Part shown: positions 33,464-43,396 of the stretch, in pieces
Layout of the letters: the number at the start of each line of letters is the position of its first letter
How positions within the stretch are numbered: position 1 is the first letter of the stretch
The notes under the pieces: generated by a model
What the model saw: the letters and a program-made list of their open reading frames with translations, nothing else
Databases searched by the model: none
Told to the model about the DNA's origin: nothing
DNA from: an uncultured Pseudomonadota bacterium
GTDB taxonomy: Bacteria > Pseudomonadota > Alphaproteobacteria > Rhizobiales > Xanthobacteraceae
Length of the DNA stretch: 64,000 bases
Direction of reading: 5' to 3'
Assembly: GCA_963813165.1 (NCBI GenBank)
Contig: CAWEYJ010000023.1
Coordinates: 60,361 to 124,360 of the forward strand
Translations under genes and position numbers: made by a program

Positions 33464-34423
33464 TTATCGCATCCGGGTCGAGCCGGCCGTCTCGTTCTGG
33501 CTTAAAAACGCTTCAACTTCAGCACGTTGCGGGGCGGCAAAAGCGCCACCGAACCGGGTGCATTTCAGGGCGGCGGCGGCCGACGCGAACCGCAGGGCCG
33601 TAACCAGATCCTGCTTCTCGGTGATGGCGAGGGCGAAGGCGCCGTGGAACACGTCGCCCGCGCCCAGGGTATCCACGGTATGCACCGGAAAGGCGGGCGT
33701 CTGCTGCAGCGACTGGTGCTCGTCGAGCCAGAGCGTGCCCTGCGCGCCCTGCGTTCCCGCCAGGAACGATGGGGTCAGTTTCGCGATTTTCAGCAGTGCG
33801 TCGGCGTCGTTGGCGACACCGGCGGTGGATTGCAGCGCTTCGCTGGAGAACACCAGATGCGACGAGGCGGTGAGCAACCCTTCCCGCAGCGACATCGTGC
33901 GGTCGACATCGACGATGACAGGAATGCCACGCCTGCGGGCCTCGGCGCACAGATCGGTGCAGAACTCCGCGCAGCGGTTCTCGGTCAGGATGGCGTCGCA
34001 GTCCTCGAGCAGCTTGTCGGCATCGGGCAGGCGGACTTTCCACAATTCCGGATCGCGGAAGGTCACGATGGTCCGCTCGCCGCTCGGGTCAATCATGATG
34101 TTCGAGATCGGAGTCACCAGGCCGGGCATGTGCACGATATGCTTGGTGTCGATGCCTTCATGCGCGAGCTTGTCGAAAATGTACCTCGCCGAGGTTTCGC
34201 GGGCGTCGCCCATCGGCCCGCAGATCGAGGCGCGGCCGCCCAGGCGCACGATTCCGATCGCCGCATTGAGCGCGTTGCCGCCGCAGATTTCATCGAAATG
34301 GCTGGCGTTCACCTTGAAGCCGCGCTTGGGCAATTCCTGGATGCGAAACGTCAGGTCACGCACCGGCATGCCGATGCAGAGGATGCGCGGCGGGATCTTC
34401 GGCACGTTGGCCTGAAAATTCAT
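33464..34423 (-). CDS. PfkB-family sugar kinase
   Basis: GGNALNAA and VDTLGAGDVFHGAF; the start could also be 34435. Confidence 0.9.
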   Translation of the reverse strand: MNFQANVPKIPPRILCIGMPVRDLTFRIQELPKRGFKVNASHFDEICGGNALNAAIGIVRLGGRASICGPMGDARETSARYIFDKLAHEGIDTKHIVHMPGLVTPISNIMIDPSGERTIVTFRDPELWKVRLPDADKLLEDCDAILTENRCAEFCTDLCAEARRRGIPVIVDVDRTMSLREGLLTASSHLVFSSEALQSTAGVANDADALLKIAKLTPSFLAGTQGAQGTLWLDEHQSLQQTPAFPVHTVDTLGAGDVFHGAFALAITEKQDLVTALRFASAAAALKCTRFGGAFAAPQRAEVEAFLSQNETAGSTRMR

Positions 34424-34504
34424 CGGCTCGTCCATCACGTCGGTCCTGCCATCTGGAGGACCCGAACCCCCGCTGATAATCGGCGAGCCATGATCGGGTT
34501 CCCG

Positions 34505-35455
34505 CTATGCGTTTGGGCCGGGATCGGCTTGCAGCCAGCGTCCCAGCAAATGATGCGCGATCGCGAACGGGTGCGGCCCGGCAAGGCCGTCGGGATGTTG
34601 CCGCTTGATCATCAAGGTCGCCTCGGCCCGGTCGAACCAGCGCGCATCCTCGAGTTCCGCGCGATCGACGACGATGTCCTGGTTGGTCGCGCGCGCGTTG
34701 CATCCGATCATCAGGGAGGACGGATAGGGCCAGGGCTGCGTCATGTAATAGCTCACATCGGTGCAGCGAATCCCTGATTCCTCGAAGATTTCGCGCCGGA
34801 CCGCATCCTCGATGGTTTCGGCGGCTTCGACGAATCCGGCCAGGCACGACCACATCCCGGCGGGGAATTGCTTCTGCCGCCCCAGCAGGCATTTGTCGCC
34901 GGAGGTCACCAGCATGATCACGACCGGGTCGGTGCGGGGAAAATGCTCGGCCTTGCAGTTGGGGCAGTCGCGTTTCCAGCCGCCTTCCTTCATGGCGGTG
35001 CGGGTGCCGCAATTGGCGCAATAGCCGTGACGCTGATGCCAGGTCACCATCGACTTCGCCATCGCGATCGCCGAGAGCTGGTCGGCTGGCACCACGCCCT
35101 GCATCGCCATGCCGCGCAATTCCGTCACGGCGACGTCATCGCGGGTCAGGAGTTTTTCCACCGCCGCAGCCGGGATGCCCATTCCGAACACCGCGGCACC
35201 CTCGCGCAAGCCCAAGAAAATCGTGCCGGGATTGGCGCCGAATTTCAGGGCTTCGTCGATGGTCAGCAGCGCGCGCGGGCCTTCCGCGGTCTGCTTCACC
35301 ACCAGCGAATCGCGATGCACCACATAGGCGCGGGCATCGCGGTGCCCCTCCATCTCGAACAGTTTGGCGTCGTTATTGCGCAGATGCGCCGCACGATCGA
35401 GAATATGGGTGACGAAGGCCGGGCGCCCCAATGGAAACGAATCGAAAGCTGTCAT
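34505..35455 (-). CDS. nudC: NAD(H) diphosphatase
   Basis: Zn ribbon CANCG...CPNC, FPRTDP, Nudix box GFVEAAETIEDAVRREIFEE and QPWPYP. Confidence 0.95.
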   Translation of the reverse strand: MTAFDSFPLGRPAFVTHILDRAAHLRNNDAKLFEMEGHRDARAYVVHRDSLVVKQTAEGPRALLTIDEALKFGANPGTIFLGLREGAAVFGMGIPAAAVEKLLTRDDVAVTELRGMAMQGVVPADQLSAIAMAKSMVTWHQRHGYCANCGTRTAMKEGGWKRDCPNCKAEHFPRTDPVVIMLVTSGDKCLLGRQKQFPAGMWSCLAGFVEAAETIEDAVRREIFEESGIRCTDVSYYMTQPWPYPSSLMIGCNARATNQDIVVDRAELEDARWFDRAEATLMIKRQHPDGLAGPHPFAIAHHLLGRWLQADPGPNA

Positions 35456-35464
35456 GAGTTCAAC

Positions 35465-35543
35465 CTAGTACCGCCGATCTGAAGTTCCTGCACCAATTGC
35501 CGCAAGCTCATCCCAGGAACGTCAGATCGAAAGGCGGTGCTAG
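35465..35543. repeat. Family D CTAG-bounded hairpin element, copy 1
   Basis: CTAGTACCGCC-GATCTGA-AGTTCCTG pairs with CAGGAAC-G-TCAGATC-GAAA-GGCGGTGCTAG. Confidence 0.8.
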
Positions 35544-35556
35544 AATCATGGATTTG

Positions 35557-35632
35557 CTAGTGCCCTCTCGCATCGGAAGTTCGTGTAAGAGCGTGCTACA
35601 ATGTATCACGGACTTCGGATGCGGGGCACTGG
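35557..35632. repeat. Family D CTAG-bounded hairpin element, copy 2
   Basis: CTAGTGCCC...CGCATCGGAAGTTCGTG pairs with CACGGACTTCGGATGCG-GGGCACTGG. Confidence 0.8.
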
Positions 35633-36061
35633 TCAGGATCCTAGCCAGATTTTACGGCGAAGCGCGCTGATGAAGTTCTGGACTTCCTCCGCATCATGCG
35701 CGAGCGGTGGCATCACCCCCCAGACCGGACGCGGCCAGGCGACGTCGCTGCTGCGGCGCGCGATGACATGGACGTGCAGCTGCGGTACCACGTTGCCGAG
35801 GGCGGCGATGTTCAGCTTGTCGCATTTGGTGATCTCTTTCAGGGAGCGTCCGACGCGGGCGATTTCGGTCATCAACTGCGCCTGCTCGACCTCGTCAAGG
35901 TCGATGATCTCCACGACGTCGTGCCGGCGCGGCACCAGCAACAGCCAGGGGTAATGCGCATCCTTGATTACCAGCACACGGCACAGCGGCAGGTCGCCGA
36001 TATCGATGGTGTCCTTCTTGAGCTGAGGATGCAGCGACCAGCCGGGATCGTCAGAGGGCAT
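35633..36061 (-). CDS. HIT-family hydrolase
   Basis: LNIAALGNVVPQLHVHVIAR. Confidence 0.92.
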   Translation of the reverse strand: MPSDDPGWSLHPQLKKDTIDIGDLPLCRVLVIKDAHYPWLLLVPRRHDVVEIIDLDEVEQAQLMTEIARVGRSLKEITKCDKLNIAALGNVVPQLHVHVIARRSSDVAWPRPVWGVMPPLAHDAEEVQNFISALRRKIWLGS

Positions 36062-36244
36062 GAGGGTTCCAGGTGCGTCCACGTTTTGTCGATGGCTTCG
36101 GTCTGAAGTGCCTGAATGGACACCGCCCGCAGTGTCATATCAAGGCGTCATGACCTGCGAAAGCGATGATCCGGTATTCCGCCGCGTGCCTTTCGCTGGG
36201 TATGACGGCTTGCTTTCCGGGGCTTTTGGCCCCAAATAAGGGCC

Positions 36245-36341
36245 GGGAGATTGGCGGTGGACGAGCCACTCGCCAACCGGGTCAGGTCCGGAAGGAAGCA
36301 GCCCTAACGAGGTCCGGATCGGGTCGCTCGTCAGTCTCCTA
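36245..36341 (+). ncRNA. ffs: Signal recognition particle RNA (4.5S)
   Basis: Domain IV signature CAGGTCCGGAAGGAAGCAGC, terminal GGGAGA/TCTCCT stem, position upstream of dnaX. Confidence 0.95.
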
Positions 36342-36448
36342 CCTGCTTTTTCGAGCGAATCGCGCAAAGATCGATATCCGTCCTTGCGCCCGATTTGTTC
36401 CTTGTTCCGCAAGCCGGCTTCGCGAGACAATCAATTGCGGATCGATCG

Positions 36449-38311
36449 ATGACCGACGCTGGCATTCCCGTAACACCCCCGACCGATCCGGAAAGCGCCC
36501 ATCAGGACGGCTTTGACCTCGGCGGCCCGCCGCAGGCCGGCCAACATTATCGCGTGCTGGCGCGGAAATACCGTCCCTCCAGCTTCGACGATCTGATCGG
36601 CCAGGAGGCGGTGGTCCGCACCGTTTCGAACGCCTTCGAAACCGGCCGGATACCGCAGGCGTGGATTCTCACCGGGGTGCGCGGCGTTGGAAAAACCACG
36701 ACCGCGCGAATCCTCGCCCGGGCCCTGAATTACGAACTGCCGGACGGATCGGTCAAGGGGCCGACCATCCACATGCCGGTCCCGGGCGTGCATTGCCAGG
36801 CGATCATGGAAAGCCGGCACATGGACGTGCTGGAAATGGACGCCGCTTCCCATACCGGCGTCGATGACGTGCGCCAGATCAACGACAGCGTACGCTATGC
36901 GCCGGCCAGCGCTCGCTACAAGGTCTACATCATCGACGAAGTACACATGCTCTCGACCGCGGCCTTCAACGCGTTTCTCAAGACGCTGGAAGAGCCGCCA
37001 GAACACGCCAAGTTCGTGTTCGCCACCACCGAGATTCGAAAAGTACCTGTCACGGTGCTGTCGCGCTGCCAGCGTTTCGATCTGCGCCGGGTCGATGCCG
37101 ACGTGCTGATGGCGCATCTGGCCAGCATTGCGGCCAAGGAGAATGTCGAGGCGGAGCCGGAGGCGCTCGGCATCATCGCCCGCGCCGCCGAGGGCTCGGT
37201 GCGCGATTCGCTGTCGCTGTTCGATCAGGCGATTGCGCATGCGGCAGGCGTGGTGCGCGCCGACGCTGTCCGGCAGATGCTGGGCCTTGCCGATCGAACC
37301 CGCGTGATCGATCTGTTCGATTCGCTTGCTCGCGGCGACATCGCCGGCGCCTTCAAGGAATTTCGCGAGCAGTATGACACCGGCGCCGATCCGATCGTGG
37401 TGCTCAGCGATCTCGCCGAATTCGTCAATTTCGTCACCCGGGTAAAGATTGTGCCGGCGACCGCGGACAATCTCGCCTTTGGCGAAACCGAGCGGCGGCG
37501 CGCCCGCGACTTTGCGTCAAAACTGTCGATGCGGGTGTTGTCGCGGATGTTCCAAATGCTGTTGAAGGGCATTACCGAAGCGCAGGGAGCGACGCGGCCG
37601 GTGACGGCCGCCGAGATGGTGCTGGTGCGCATCGCCTATGTCGCCGACCTGCCGACGCCGGATGAAGCGATCAGGATGCTGGAGCAGAATGGCGGGGCCT
37701 CGCCCGTGGTTGCGGGAAGTGCCGTGCCGCGCGGCGCGCAAGGGTCGGGGGGTTCCGCACCCAGCGTCTCTTCGATGCAATCCTCACCCGCGCGAGCGGT
37801 CTCGGCGCCGCGGGGCAGCGCAGAGGCATCCGCGCGCCCTCAGGTGATCACGCCGACGTCCGGTGCGCAGCCGGCCGCGGCGCCGCTCCGGATTGCCAGC
37901 TTTCCGGAACTGGTGGCGCTCGCCGGCGAAAAGCGCGACCTCCTGACCAAGTCCGCGCTCGAGGCCGATGTCCGCCTGGTCCGCATCGAGGACGGCCGGC
38001 TCGAAGTGACGCTGGAGCGCAGCGCCGCGCGGACGCTGATCAACGATCTGTCGCGTAAACTTGAACAATGGACCGGACGGCGCTGGACCGTGATCGTGTC
38101 CAACGAAGCGGGACAGCCGACGCTGCGTTCGCAAAATGAGATGCAGAAGAACGAACGCGAGCGCGCCGCCGAATCCGATCCGCGGGTGAAGGAGGTGCTG
38201 GCGCGATTCCCAGGCGCCAAGGTCGTCGAGGTGCGCAAGCTTGCCCCCGAGCCGCCGGAATCCGATGCTAGCGATGAAGATCCTGCCGAGAGTTCCGACA
38301 GCGACGAATAG
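36449..38311 (+). CDS. dnaX: DNA polymerase III subunit gamma/tau
   Basis: [24 protein letters not shown] and SRCQRF. Confidence 0.97.
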   Translation: MTDAGIPVTPPTDPESAHQDGFDLGGPPQAGQHYRVLARKYRPSSFDDLIGQEAVVRTVSNAFETGRIPQAWILTGVRGVGKTTTARILARALNYELPDGSVKGPTIHMPVPGVHCQAIMESRHMDVLEMDAASHTGVDDVRQINDSVRYAPASARYKVYIIDEVHMLSTAAFNAFLKTLEEPPEHAKFVFATTEIRKVPVTVLSRCQRFDLRRVDADVLMAHLASIAAKENVEAEPEALGIIARAAEGSVRDSLSLFDQAIAHAAGVVRADAVRQMLGLADRTRVIDLFDSLARGDIAGAFKEFREQYDTGADPIVVLSDLAEFVNFVTRVKIVPATADNLAFGETERRRARDFASKLSMRVLSRMFQMLLKGITEAQGATRPVTAAEMVLVRIAYVADLPTPDEAIRMLEQNGGASPVVAGSAVPRGAQGSGGSAPSVSSMQSSPARAVSAPRGSAEASARPQVITPTSGAQPAAAPLRIASFPELVALAGEKRDLLTKSALEADVRLVRIEDGRLEVTLERSAARTLINDLSRKLEQWTGRRWTVIVSNEAGQPTLRSQNEMQKNERERAAESDPRVKEVLARFPGAKVVEVRKLAPEPPESDASDEDPAESSDSDE

Positions 38312-38331
38312 CAATACACAAGGGATGTCTG

Positions 38332-38652
38332 ATGGCTGATTTTCTCGGCATGATGAAGCAGGCGGCGCAGCTGCAATCGAAGATGCAGGCGATGCAGGAA
38401 GAACTCGGCCATGTCGAGGTCGAGGGCATCTCGGGTGGCGGCCTCGTTACCGTGCGCATGACCGCAAAGATGGAAGTGAAGGCGGTGAAGATCGATCCCT
38501 CGCTGATCAAGGCGGAGGAGCGCGAAATCCTCGAAGACCTGCTGGTCACGGCGCATAATGATGCGCGGCGCAAGGCGGAAGCCGCGATGCAGGAAAAGAT
38601 GCAGTCGCTGACCGGTGGCCTTGGCCTGCCGCCGGGGCTGGGCCTCACCTGA
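38332..38652 (+). CDS. ybaB: YbaB/EbfC nucleoid-associated protein
   Basis: SGGGLV and [13 protein letters not shown]; lies between dnaX and recR. Confidence 0.95.
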   Translation: MADFLGMMKQAAQLQSKMQAMQEELGHVEVEGISGGGLVTVRMTAKMEVKAVKIDPSLIKAEEREILEDLLVTAHNDARRKAEAAMQEKMQSLTGGLGLPPGLGLT

Positions 38653-38653
38653 C

Positions 38654-39259
38654 ATGGCTGCTGCGGTTGCCGGTCCCGAAATCGAACGCCTGATCCAGCT
38701 GTTGGCGCGGCTGCCGGGGCTCGGCCCGCGCTCGGCGCGGCGTGCGGCGCTGCATCTGATCAAGAAGCGCGAAGCGCTGATGACGCCGCTCGCGGCCGCG
38801 TTGCAGGTGGCGATCGACAAGATCCAGGTCTGCAAGACCTGCGGCAATATCGACACCCAGAATCCCTGCACGGTATGCACCGATCCGCGGCGTGATCCGG
38901 CGATCATTGTGGTGGTCGCCGACGTCGCCGACCTCTGGGCGCTGGAGCGTGCCAATGCGATCAACGGATATTACCACGTGCTCGGCGCGACGCTTTCGCC
39001 GCTCGACGGCGTGGGCCCGCAGGATCTGACCATCGATGCGCTGGTTGCGCGTGCGCATGATTCGCGCGTAACGGAAATCATTCTCGCCTTGAATGCAACC
39101 GTCGACGGCCAGACCACGGCGCATTATATCACCGACCTGCTGCAGGAAGCGGGCGTCAAGGTGACACGGCTCGCCCACGGCGTGCCGGTCGGCGGCGAAC
39201 TGGACTATCTCGACGAAGGCACGTTGTCCGCCGCCATGCGGCAGCGAACCCTGTTCTAA
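38654..39259 (+). CDS. recR: Recombination mediator RecR
   Basis: [12 protein letters not shown]4 zinc finger, Toprim NATVDGQTT and [11 protein letters not shown]. Confidence 0.97.
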   Translation: MAAAVAGPEIERLIQLLARLPGLGPRSARRAALHLIKKREALMTPLAAALQVAIDKIQVCKTCGNIDTQNPCTVCTDPRRDPAIIVVVADVADLWALERANAINGYYHVLGATLSPLDGVGPQDLTIDALVARAHDSRVTEIILALNATVDGQTTAHYITDLLQEAGVKVTRLAHGVPVGGELDYLDEGTLSAAMRQRTLF

Positions 39260-39274
39260 CCATACTTAACGGAA

Positions 39275-39715
39275 ATGATCGACATGACGAGACCACAATT
39301 CGGCAAACGCTTGGCTTGGGTGATGGTCGTTGCGACGACGGTCACGACATCGGGCGCGTTCGCGCAAACCGACGAACCCGCGCCGAAGGCCGCCAGGTTG
39401 ATCAATGCCGGCGACGTGCTGTCGGGAGAGCTGAACGCCTTGCGCACGCGCGGCAGCAAGAAAGGCAAGCATGTCGCCACCTATCAGCTCACCAGCGAAC
39501 CCCGCCGGCTGCCGGGCCCGACCGGACTGTGCGGTCTGGAAACCGGACCGGAAACCTTTCAGATCGTCACCGACAATGAGGCCCAGGCGGCGCAACTGAA
39601 GAGCTTCGTCGGCAAGGAAGTCTCGGTCAAGGTCGATGAAGTTGCCTGTTCCCAGGAAGCCGGGCAGATGAGCGATGCCGTGGTCACCAAATGGAGCGTG
39701 GTGACGAAGCATTGA
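39275..39715 (+). CDS. Hypothetical exported protein
   Basis: Signal-peptide-like N-terminus, two Cys, natural codon usage. Confidence 0.75.
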   Translation: MIDMTRPQFGKRLAWVMVVATTVTTSGAFAQTDEPAPKAARLINAGDVLSGELNALRTRGSKKGKHVATYQLTSEPRRLPGPTGLCGLETGPETFQIVTDNEAQAAQLKSFVGKEVSVKVDEVACSQEAGQMSDAVVTKWSVVTKH

Positions 39716-39748
39716 GCGACGCTGCCTCTCCGCGCATCCGCCGATGCT

Positions 39749-41119
39749 CTAAACCTTCACCGGCTCCAGCGTCTCAAAATGCCGCTGCCGCTGCAGCCAT
39801 GCGAGCAGGATCAGGCTCGGCACCGCGACCAGGACGCAGATCGCAAAAAACAGCGGCCAGCCGGTGGCCTTGGCCACAAAACCCGCGCCTGAGGACAAAT
39901 AAGTGCGTCCGACCGCAGCAAGTGCGGTGAGCAACGCGTATTGCGTGGCGGTATGCAGCGGATTTTTGCAAAGCGCCGAGAGGTAAGCGACGAAGATCAC
40001 GGTGCCGACGGCGCTGGTGAAATTCTCCGCTGTAATCGCAAACGCCAGCGCCCAGTGATTGATACCGGCCAGCGCCAGCCACGAGAATGACAGATTGGCC
40101 ACCGCCTGCAGCACCCCGCCGATCCACAGGCTGGCGGCCAGCGAATAGCGCCGTGCCACGAAGCCGCCGGCGAAGCCGCCGATCAAGGTGGCGGCCAGGC
40201 CGACACCCTTGACGATGGCGGCATAGTCGTTGCGGGTGAAGCCGAGGTCGATCACGAACGGCGCGGTCATGGTGCCGGAAAACGCGTCGGTGAATTTGAA
40301 GAGCACCACGAAGGCGAGTGCCGCCAGCGCGTCCTTGCGGACCAGAAATTCGGAGAACGCGCCGATCGCGGCATGCATCACCCGCGAAAATGCGGTCTCG
40401 GCGTTGGTCGCAGCCTCGGCGCGGACCGATTGTTCGGGCTCGGTGGCGGCGAGCGCGGTGGCGGTGCCGATCAGCACCAAGGCTGCCATCACCACATAGC
40501 CCCACATCCACGCTGAAGCGCGCGCGATGCCGGTGCCTTCGAACGCGCTGACCATGAACAGCGCGCCCGCGGTCGAGACCAGCATGCCGATGCGGTAGGC
40601 CGCGACATAGGACGCCATCCCGGCGGCCTGCTCGCTCTCGGGCAGGCTTTCGACGCGGAACGCATCGACTACAATGTCCTGCGTCGATGACATCGCCGCG
40701 ACCAGCAGCGCGCCGAGCGCCACAAACAGCGGCGAGCGCGCCGGATCGGTCAGCGCCAGCAGCAGGATCGCGACGATCAGCAGCAGTTGCGAGAACACCA
40801 GCCAGCCGCGCCGGCGGCCGAACGCCCGGGTGAAGAACGGCACATGCAGCGCATCGACCAGCGGCGCCCAGAGAAATTTCAGCGTGTAGGGCGTGCCGAC
40901 CAGCGCGAACAGGCCGATGGTCCCGAGGTCGACGCCGGATTCGCGCATCCACACCAGGAGCGTCGATCCCGACAGCGCCAGCGGCAGGCCGGACGAAAAG
41001 CCAAGCAGCAAAACGATCAACACCCGCCGTTGCAGATACACCGCGAGGCTTTCGCGGAAGCCGGGGCGGGGCGTTGGCGTGGTCGCCGGTTCGGGCAGGG
41101 TGTCGGGCGCGCTGGTCAT
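39749..41119 (-). CDS. ampG: Muropeptide MFS permease AmpG
   Basis: LGFSSGLPL, KFLWAPLVD, TQDIVVDA and TATQYAL. Confidence 0.93.
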   Translation of the reverse strand: MTSAPDTLPEPATTPTPRPGFRESLAVYLQRRVLIVLLLGFSSGLPLALSGSTLLVWMRESGVDLGTIGLFALVGTPYTLKFLWAPLVDALHVPFFTRAFGRRRGWLVFSQLLLIVAILLLALTDPARSPLFVALGALLVAAMSSTQDIVVDAFRVESLPESEQAAGMASYVAAYRIGMLVSTAGALFMVSAFEGTGIARASAWMWGYVVMAALVLIGTATALAATEPEQSVRAEAATNAETAFSRVMHAAIGAFSEFLVRKDALAALAFVVLFKFTDAFSGTMTAPFVIDLGFTRNDYAAIVKGVGLAATLIGGFAGGFVARRYSLAASLWIGGVLQAVANLSFSWLALAGINHWALAFAITAENFTSAVGTVIFVAYLSALCKNPLHTATQYALLTALAAVGRTYLSSGAGFVAKATGWPLFFAICVLVAVPSLILLAWLQRQRHFETLEPVKV

Positions 41120-41146
41120 ACCGCAGTGCTAGCAGATTCGCGCTTG

Positions 41147-41294
41147 TTCCCCTCTCCCCTTGTGGGAGAGGGTGGCTCGAATGAGCGCTGCGAATTCGAG
41201 ACGGGTGAGGGGCTGCGGTCTATCGGAGGCAAGAAACCCCTCATCCGGCGCGGACTGCGTCCGCGCCACCATCTCCCACAAGGGGAGAAGGGAA
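41147..41294. repeat. Family B palindromic doublet (intergenic)
   Basis: CCCCTCTCCCCTTGTGGGAGAGGG ... CCCCTCATCC ... CTCCCACAAGGGGAGAAGGG. Confidence 0.85.
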
Positions 41295-41342
41295 GAGCCG
41301 GGCGATGACGGTTCGGGGGTATTGCGCTTCTCGTCGCGCAGC

Positions 41343-42551
41343 CTACTCCCCCGCCTGCAGCTTGCGCGGCAGCGGGAACAGCTCGGGCGCGCCCGGTTTG
41401 ACGAGGCGCGGGGGCTCGGCGGGAGCCTCGGTCTTGCTGAAGTCCAGCTCCTCGATCCGGCCGGCGCGCTTTTCGATCTTGTCGGCGGAAATCAAGATCT
41501 GCCGGACGTCCTCGTTGGCGTCGCTGAAATGCTTCTGCAGTTTCACGACGCGGTCGCGCAGCCGCCCCAGATCGTCACCGAGGTTGAGCACTTCGGTGCG
41601 GATCTGGTCGGCGGCATCGCGCATCCGCGCGTCTTTCAGGATCTGCTGCATCACCTGGATCGCCAGCATCAACAGCGACGGCGACACCAGCACCACGCGG
41701 GCGCGATAGGCCTTCTGGATCACGTCGTCGAAACCGTCGTGAATCTCCGCGTAGACCGATTCGGATGGCACGAACATCAGCGCGGTATCCTGGGTCTCGC
41801 CGGTGATCAGGTATTTTTCGGCGATATCGCTGACATGCTTCATGACGTCGGCGCGCAAGCGTTGCGTGGCGGATTTCTTCTCCTCGTCGGTGCGCGCGTC
41901 ATGCAGCGCGGTCATCGCCTCCAGCGGAAACTTGGCGTCGATGCAGAGCGGGCGCTGGTCGGGGAGAAACACCACGCAATCCGGCCGCTTGCCGCTCGAG
42001 AGCGTGAACTGGAATTCGTAAGACCCCTTCGGCATGCCGTCCTGGACGATCGCTTCCATCCGGGCCTGGCCGAACGCGCCGCGCGATTGCTTGTTGGCGA
42101 GCACGTCGCGCAGCGTCGTCACCTGCGACGTCAGGTCGGTGAGATTCTTGTGCGCATTGTCGATGATGCCGAGCCGCTCGTGCAGCACGCGCAGCGAGTC
42201 CATGGTGTGGCGCGTGGTCTGCTCCATCGACTGGCCGACGCGATGGGTCACCGAATCCAGCCGTTCGTTGACGGCGCGCGCCATCTCGGCCTGGCGGCCG
42301 GCCAGCGCCTGTCCCATCGCATCGACGCGACCGGTGGCCTCGCTCTGGGCGCGGAGCATCTCGCCCAGGCGCTCCTCCAGCTCGTCGGCGCGAATCGCTT
42401 GCGCCATCGCCAGTTCCGCGCCACGCCGCCCCGACCGCGCGATCACGATGGCAATGCTGAGGAGCAACAAGAGCGCCAGCGCACTGGCGCCGATCAGCGC
42501 GACGCCGGCTCGAACCGGCAGGTCGCCGATCATGAAAAGGATTTCGTTCAT
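41343..42551 (-). CDS. rmuC: DNA recombination protein RmuC
   Basis: RGAFGQARME, KRPD, IDAKFPL and MFVPSE. Confidence 0.94.
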   Translation of the reverse strand: MNEILFMIGDLPVRAGVALIGASALALLLLLSIAIVIARSGRRGAELAMAQAIRADELEERLGEMLRAQSEATGRVDAMGQALAGRQAEMARAVNERLDSVTHRVGQSMEQTTRHTMDSLRVLHERLGIIDNAHKNLTDLTSQVTTLRDVLANKQSRGAFGQARMEAIVQDGMPKGSYEFQFTLSSGKRPDCVVFLPDQRPLCIDAKFPLEAMTALHDARTDEEKKSATQRLRADVMKHVSDIAEKYLITGETQDTALMFVPSESVYAEIHDGFDDVIQKAYRARVVLVSPSLLMLAIQVMQQILKDARMRDAADQIRTEVLNLGDDLGRLRDRVVKLQKHFSDANEDVRQILISADKIEKRAGRIEELDFSKTEAPAEPPRLVKPGAPELFPLPRKLQAGE

Positions 42552-42583
42552 GCCGCCCTTGTAGCCGATTCGCAGCCTGACGC

Positions 42584-42598
42584 GAACGAAGAGGGAAC
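42584..42598. promoter_or_regulatory. LexA (SOS) box upstream of rmuC
   Basis: GAAC-GAAGAGG-GAAC, 33 bp from the rmuC ATG. Confidence 0.75.
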
Positions 42599-42605
42599 AT
42601 TTATG

Positions 42606-42621
42606 GTTAATAGAGGGTTAA
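42606..42621 (-). promoter_or_regulatory. CtrA full binding site
   Basis: The minus strand reads TTAA-CCCTCTA-TTAAC, matching TTAA-N7-TTAAC. Confidence 0.7.
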
Positions 42622-42739
42622 TTTTCACGAACCGTGCCCGGCCGGGATTCGTGGACGGGACCATCAAGAGGACGCCGGCGGCGCATTGACCCCGGCAAAT
42701 CAGCAGCTTAAATCGCCCGCCGAGGTACTTATAAAGATC

Positions 42740-43267
42740 ATGGCTATCAGAGAAATTATCATCCTGCCGGACAAGAAGTTGCGGCTCGTCTCCAAACCCG
42801 TTGAGAAGGTCACGACGGAGGTGCGCAAGCTCGCCGACGACATGTTCGAAACCATGTATGACGCGCCCGGAATCGGGCTGGCGGCGATCCAGGTCGCGCA
42901 GCCGCTGCGGCTGATCACGATGGATCTCGCCAAGCGCGACGAAGACGGCGAGAGCAAGCCGCGCCCCCGCGTCTTCATCAATCCGGAAATCCTGTCGTCG
43001 TCGGAGGAATTGTCGGTTTACGAGGAAGGCTGCCTGTCGATCCCGGAATATTACGAGGAAGTGGAGCGGCCGGCGCAGGTGCGCGTGCGTTTCACCGATC
43101 TCGACGGCAAGGTGCATGAGGAAGACGCCGACGGGCTGTTCGCGACCTGCATCCAGCACGAGATCGATCACCTCAACGGCGTGCTGTTCGTGGATTATCT
43201 GTCGAAGCTGAAGCGCGACCGCGTACTGAAGAAGTTTACAAAAGCCGCCAAGCGCAGCGCGGAGTAG
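42740..43267 (+). CDS. def: Peptide deformylase
   Basis: [13 protein letters not shown] and QHEIDHLNG. Confidence 0.98.
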   Translation: MAIREIIILPDKKLRLVSKPVEKVTTEVRKLADDMFETMYDAPGIGLAAIQVAQPLRLITMDLAKRDEDGESKPRPRVFINPEILSSSEELSVYEEGCLSIPEYYEEVERPAQVRVRFTDLDGKVHEEDADGLFATCIQHEIDHLNGVLFVDYLSKLKRDRVLKKFTKAAKRSAE

Positions 43268-43282
43268 GGATAACCCTTCAAT

Positions 43283-43367
43283 CGTCATGACCGGGCTCGT
43301 CCCGGCCATCCACGTCTTGGCGCCGGCAAGAAAGACGTGGATGCCCGCGACAAGCGCGGGCATGACG
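43283..43367. repeat. Family A CGTC-tagged REP doublet
   Basis: CGTCATGACCGGGCTCGTCCCGGCCATCCACGTCTT ... AAGACGTGGATGCCCGCGACAAGCGCGGGCATGACG. Confidence 0.92.
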
Positions 43368-43396
43368 AAAACACTTGCTCGGGAAGCTTTCGTAAC

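Noticed and set aside
36346-36360. TTTTCGAGCGAA after ffs as a family C fragment
   Set aside because: Only 12 bp match, and the T run is explained by the ffs 3' end
37680-37880. Ala/Pro/Ser-rich DnaX linker as another repeat insertion
   Set aside because: No palindromic structure or match to families A-D; variable linkers are normal in DnaX
36449-38311. Programmed -1 frameshift producing the DnaX gamma subunit
   Set aside because: No A-AAA-AAG or poly-A slippery site was seen in the linker
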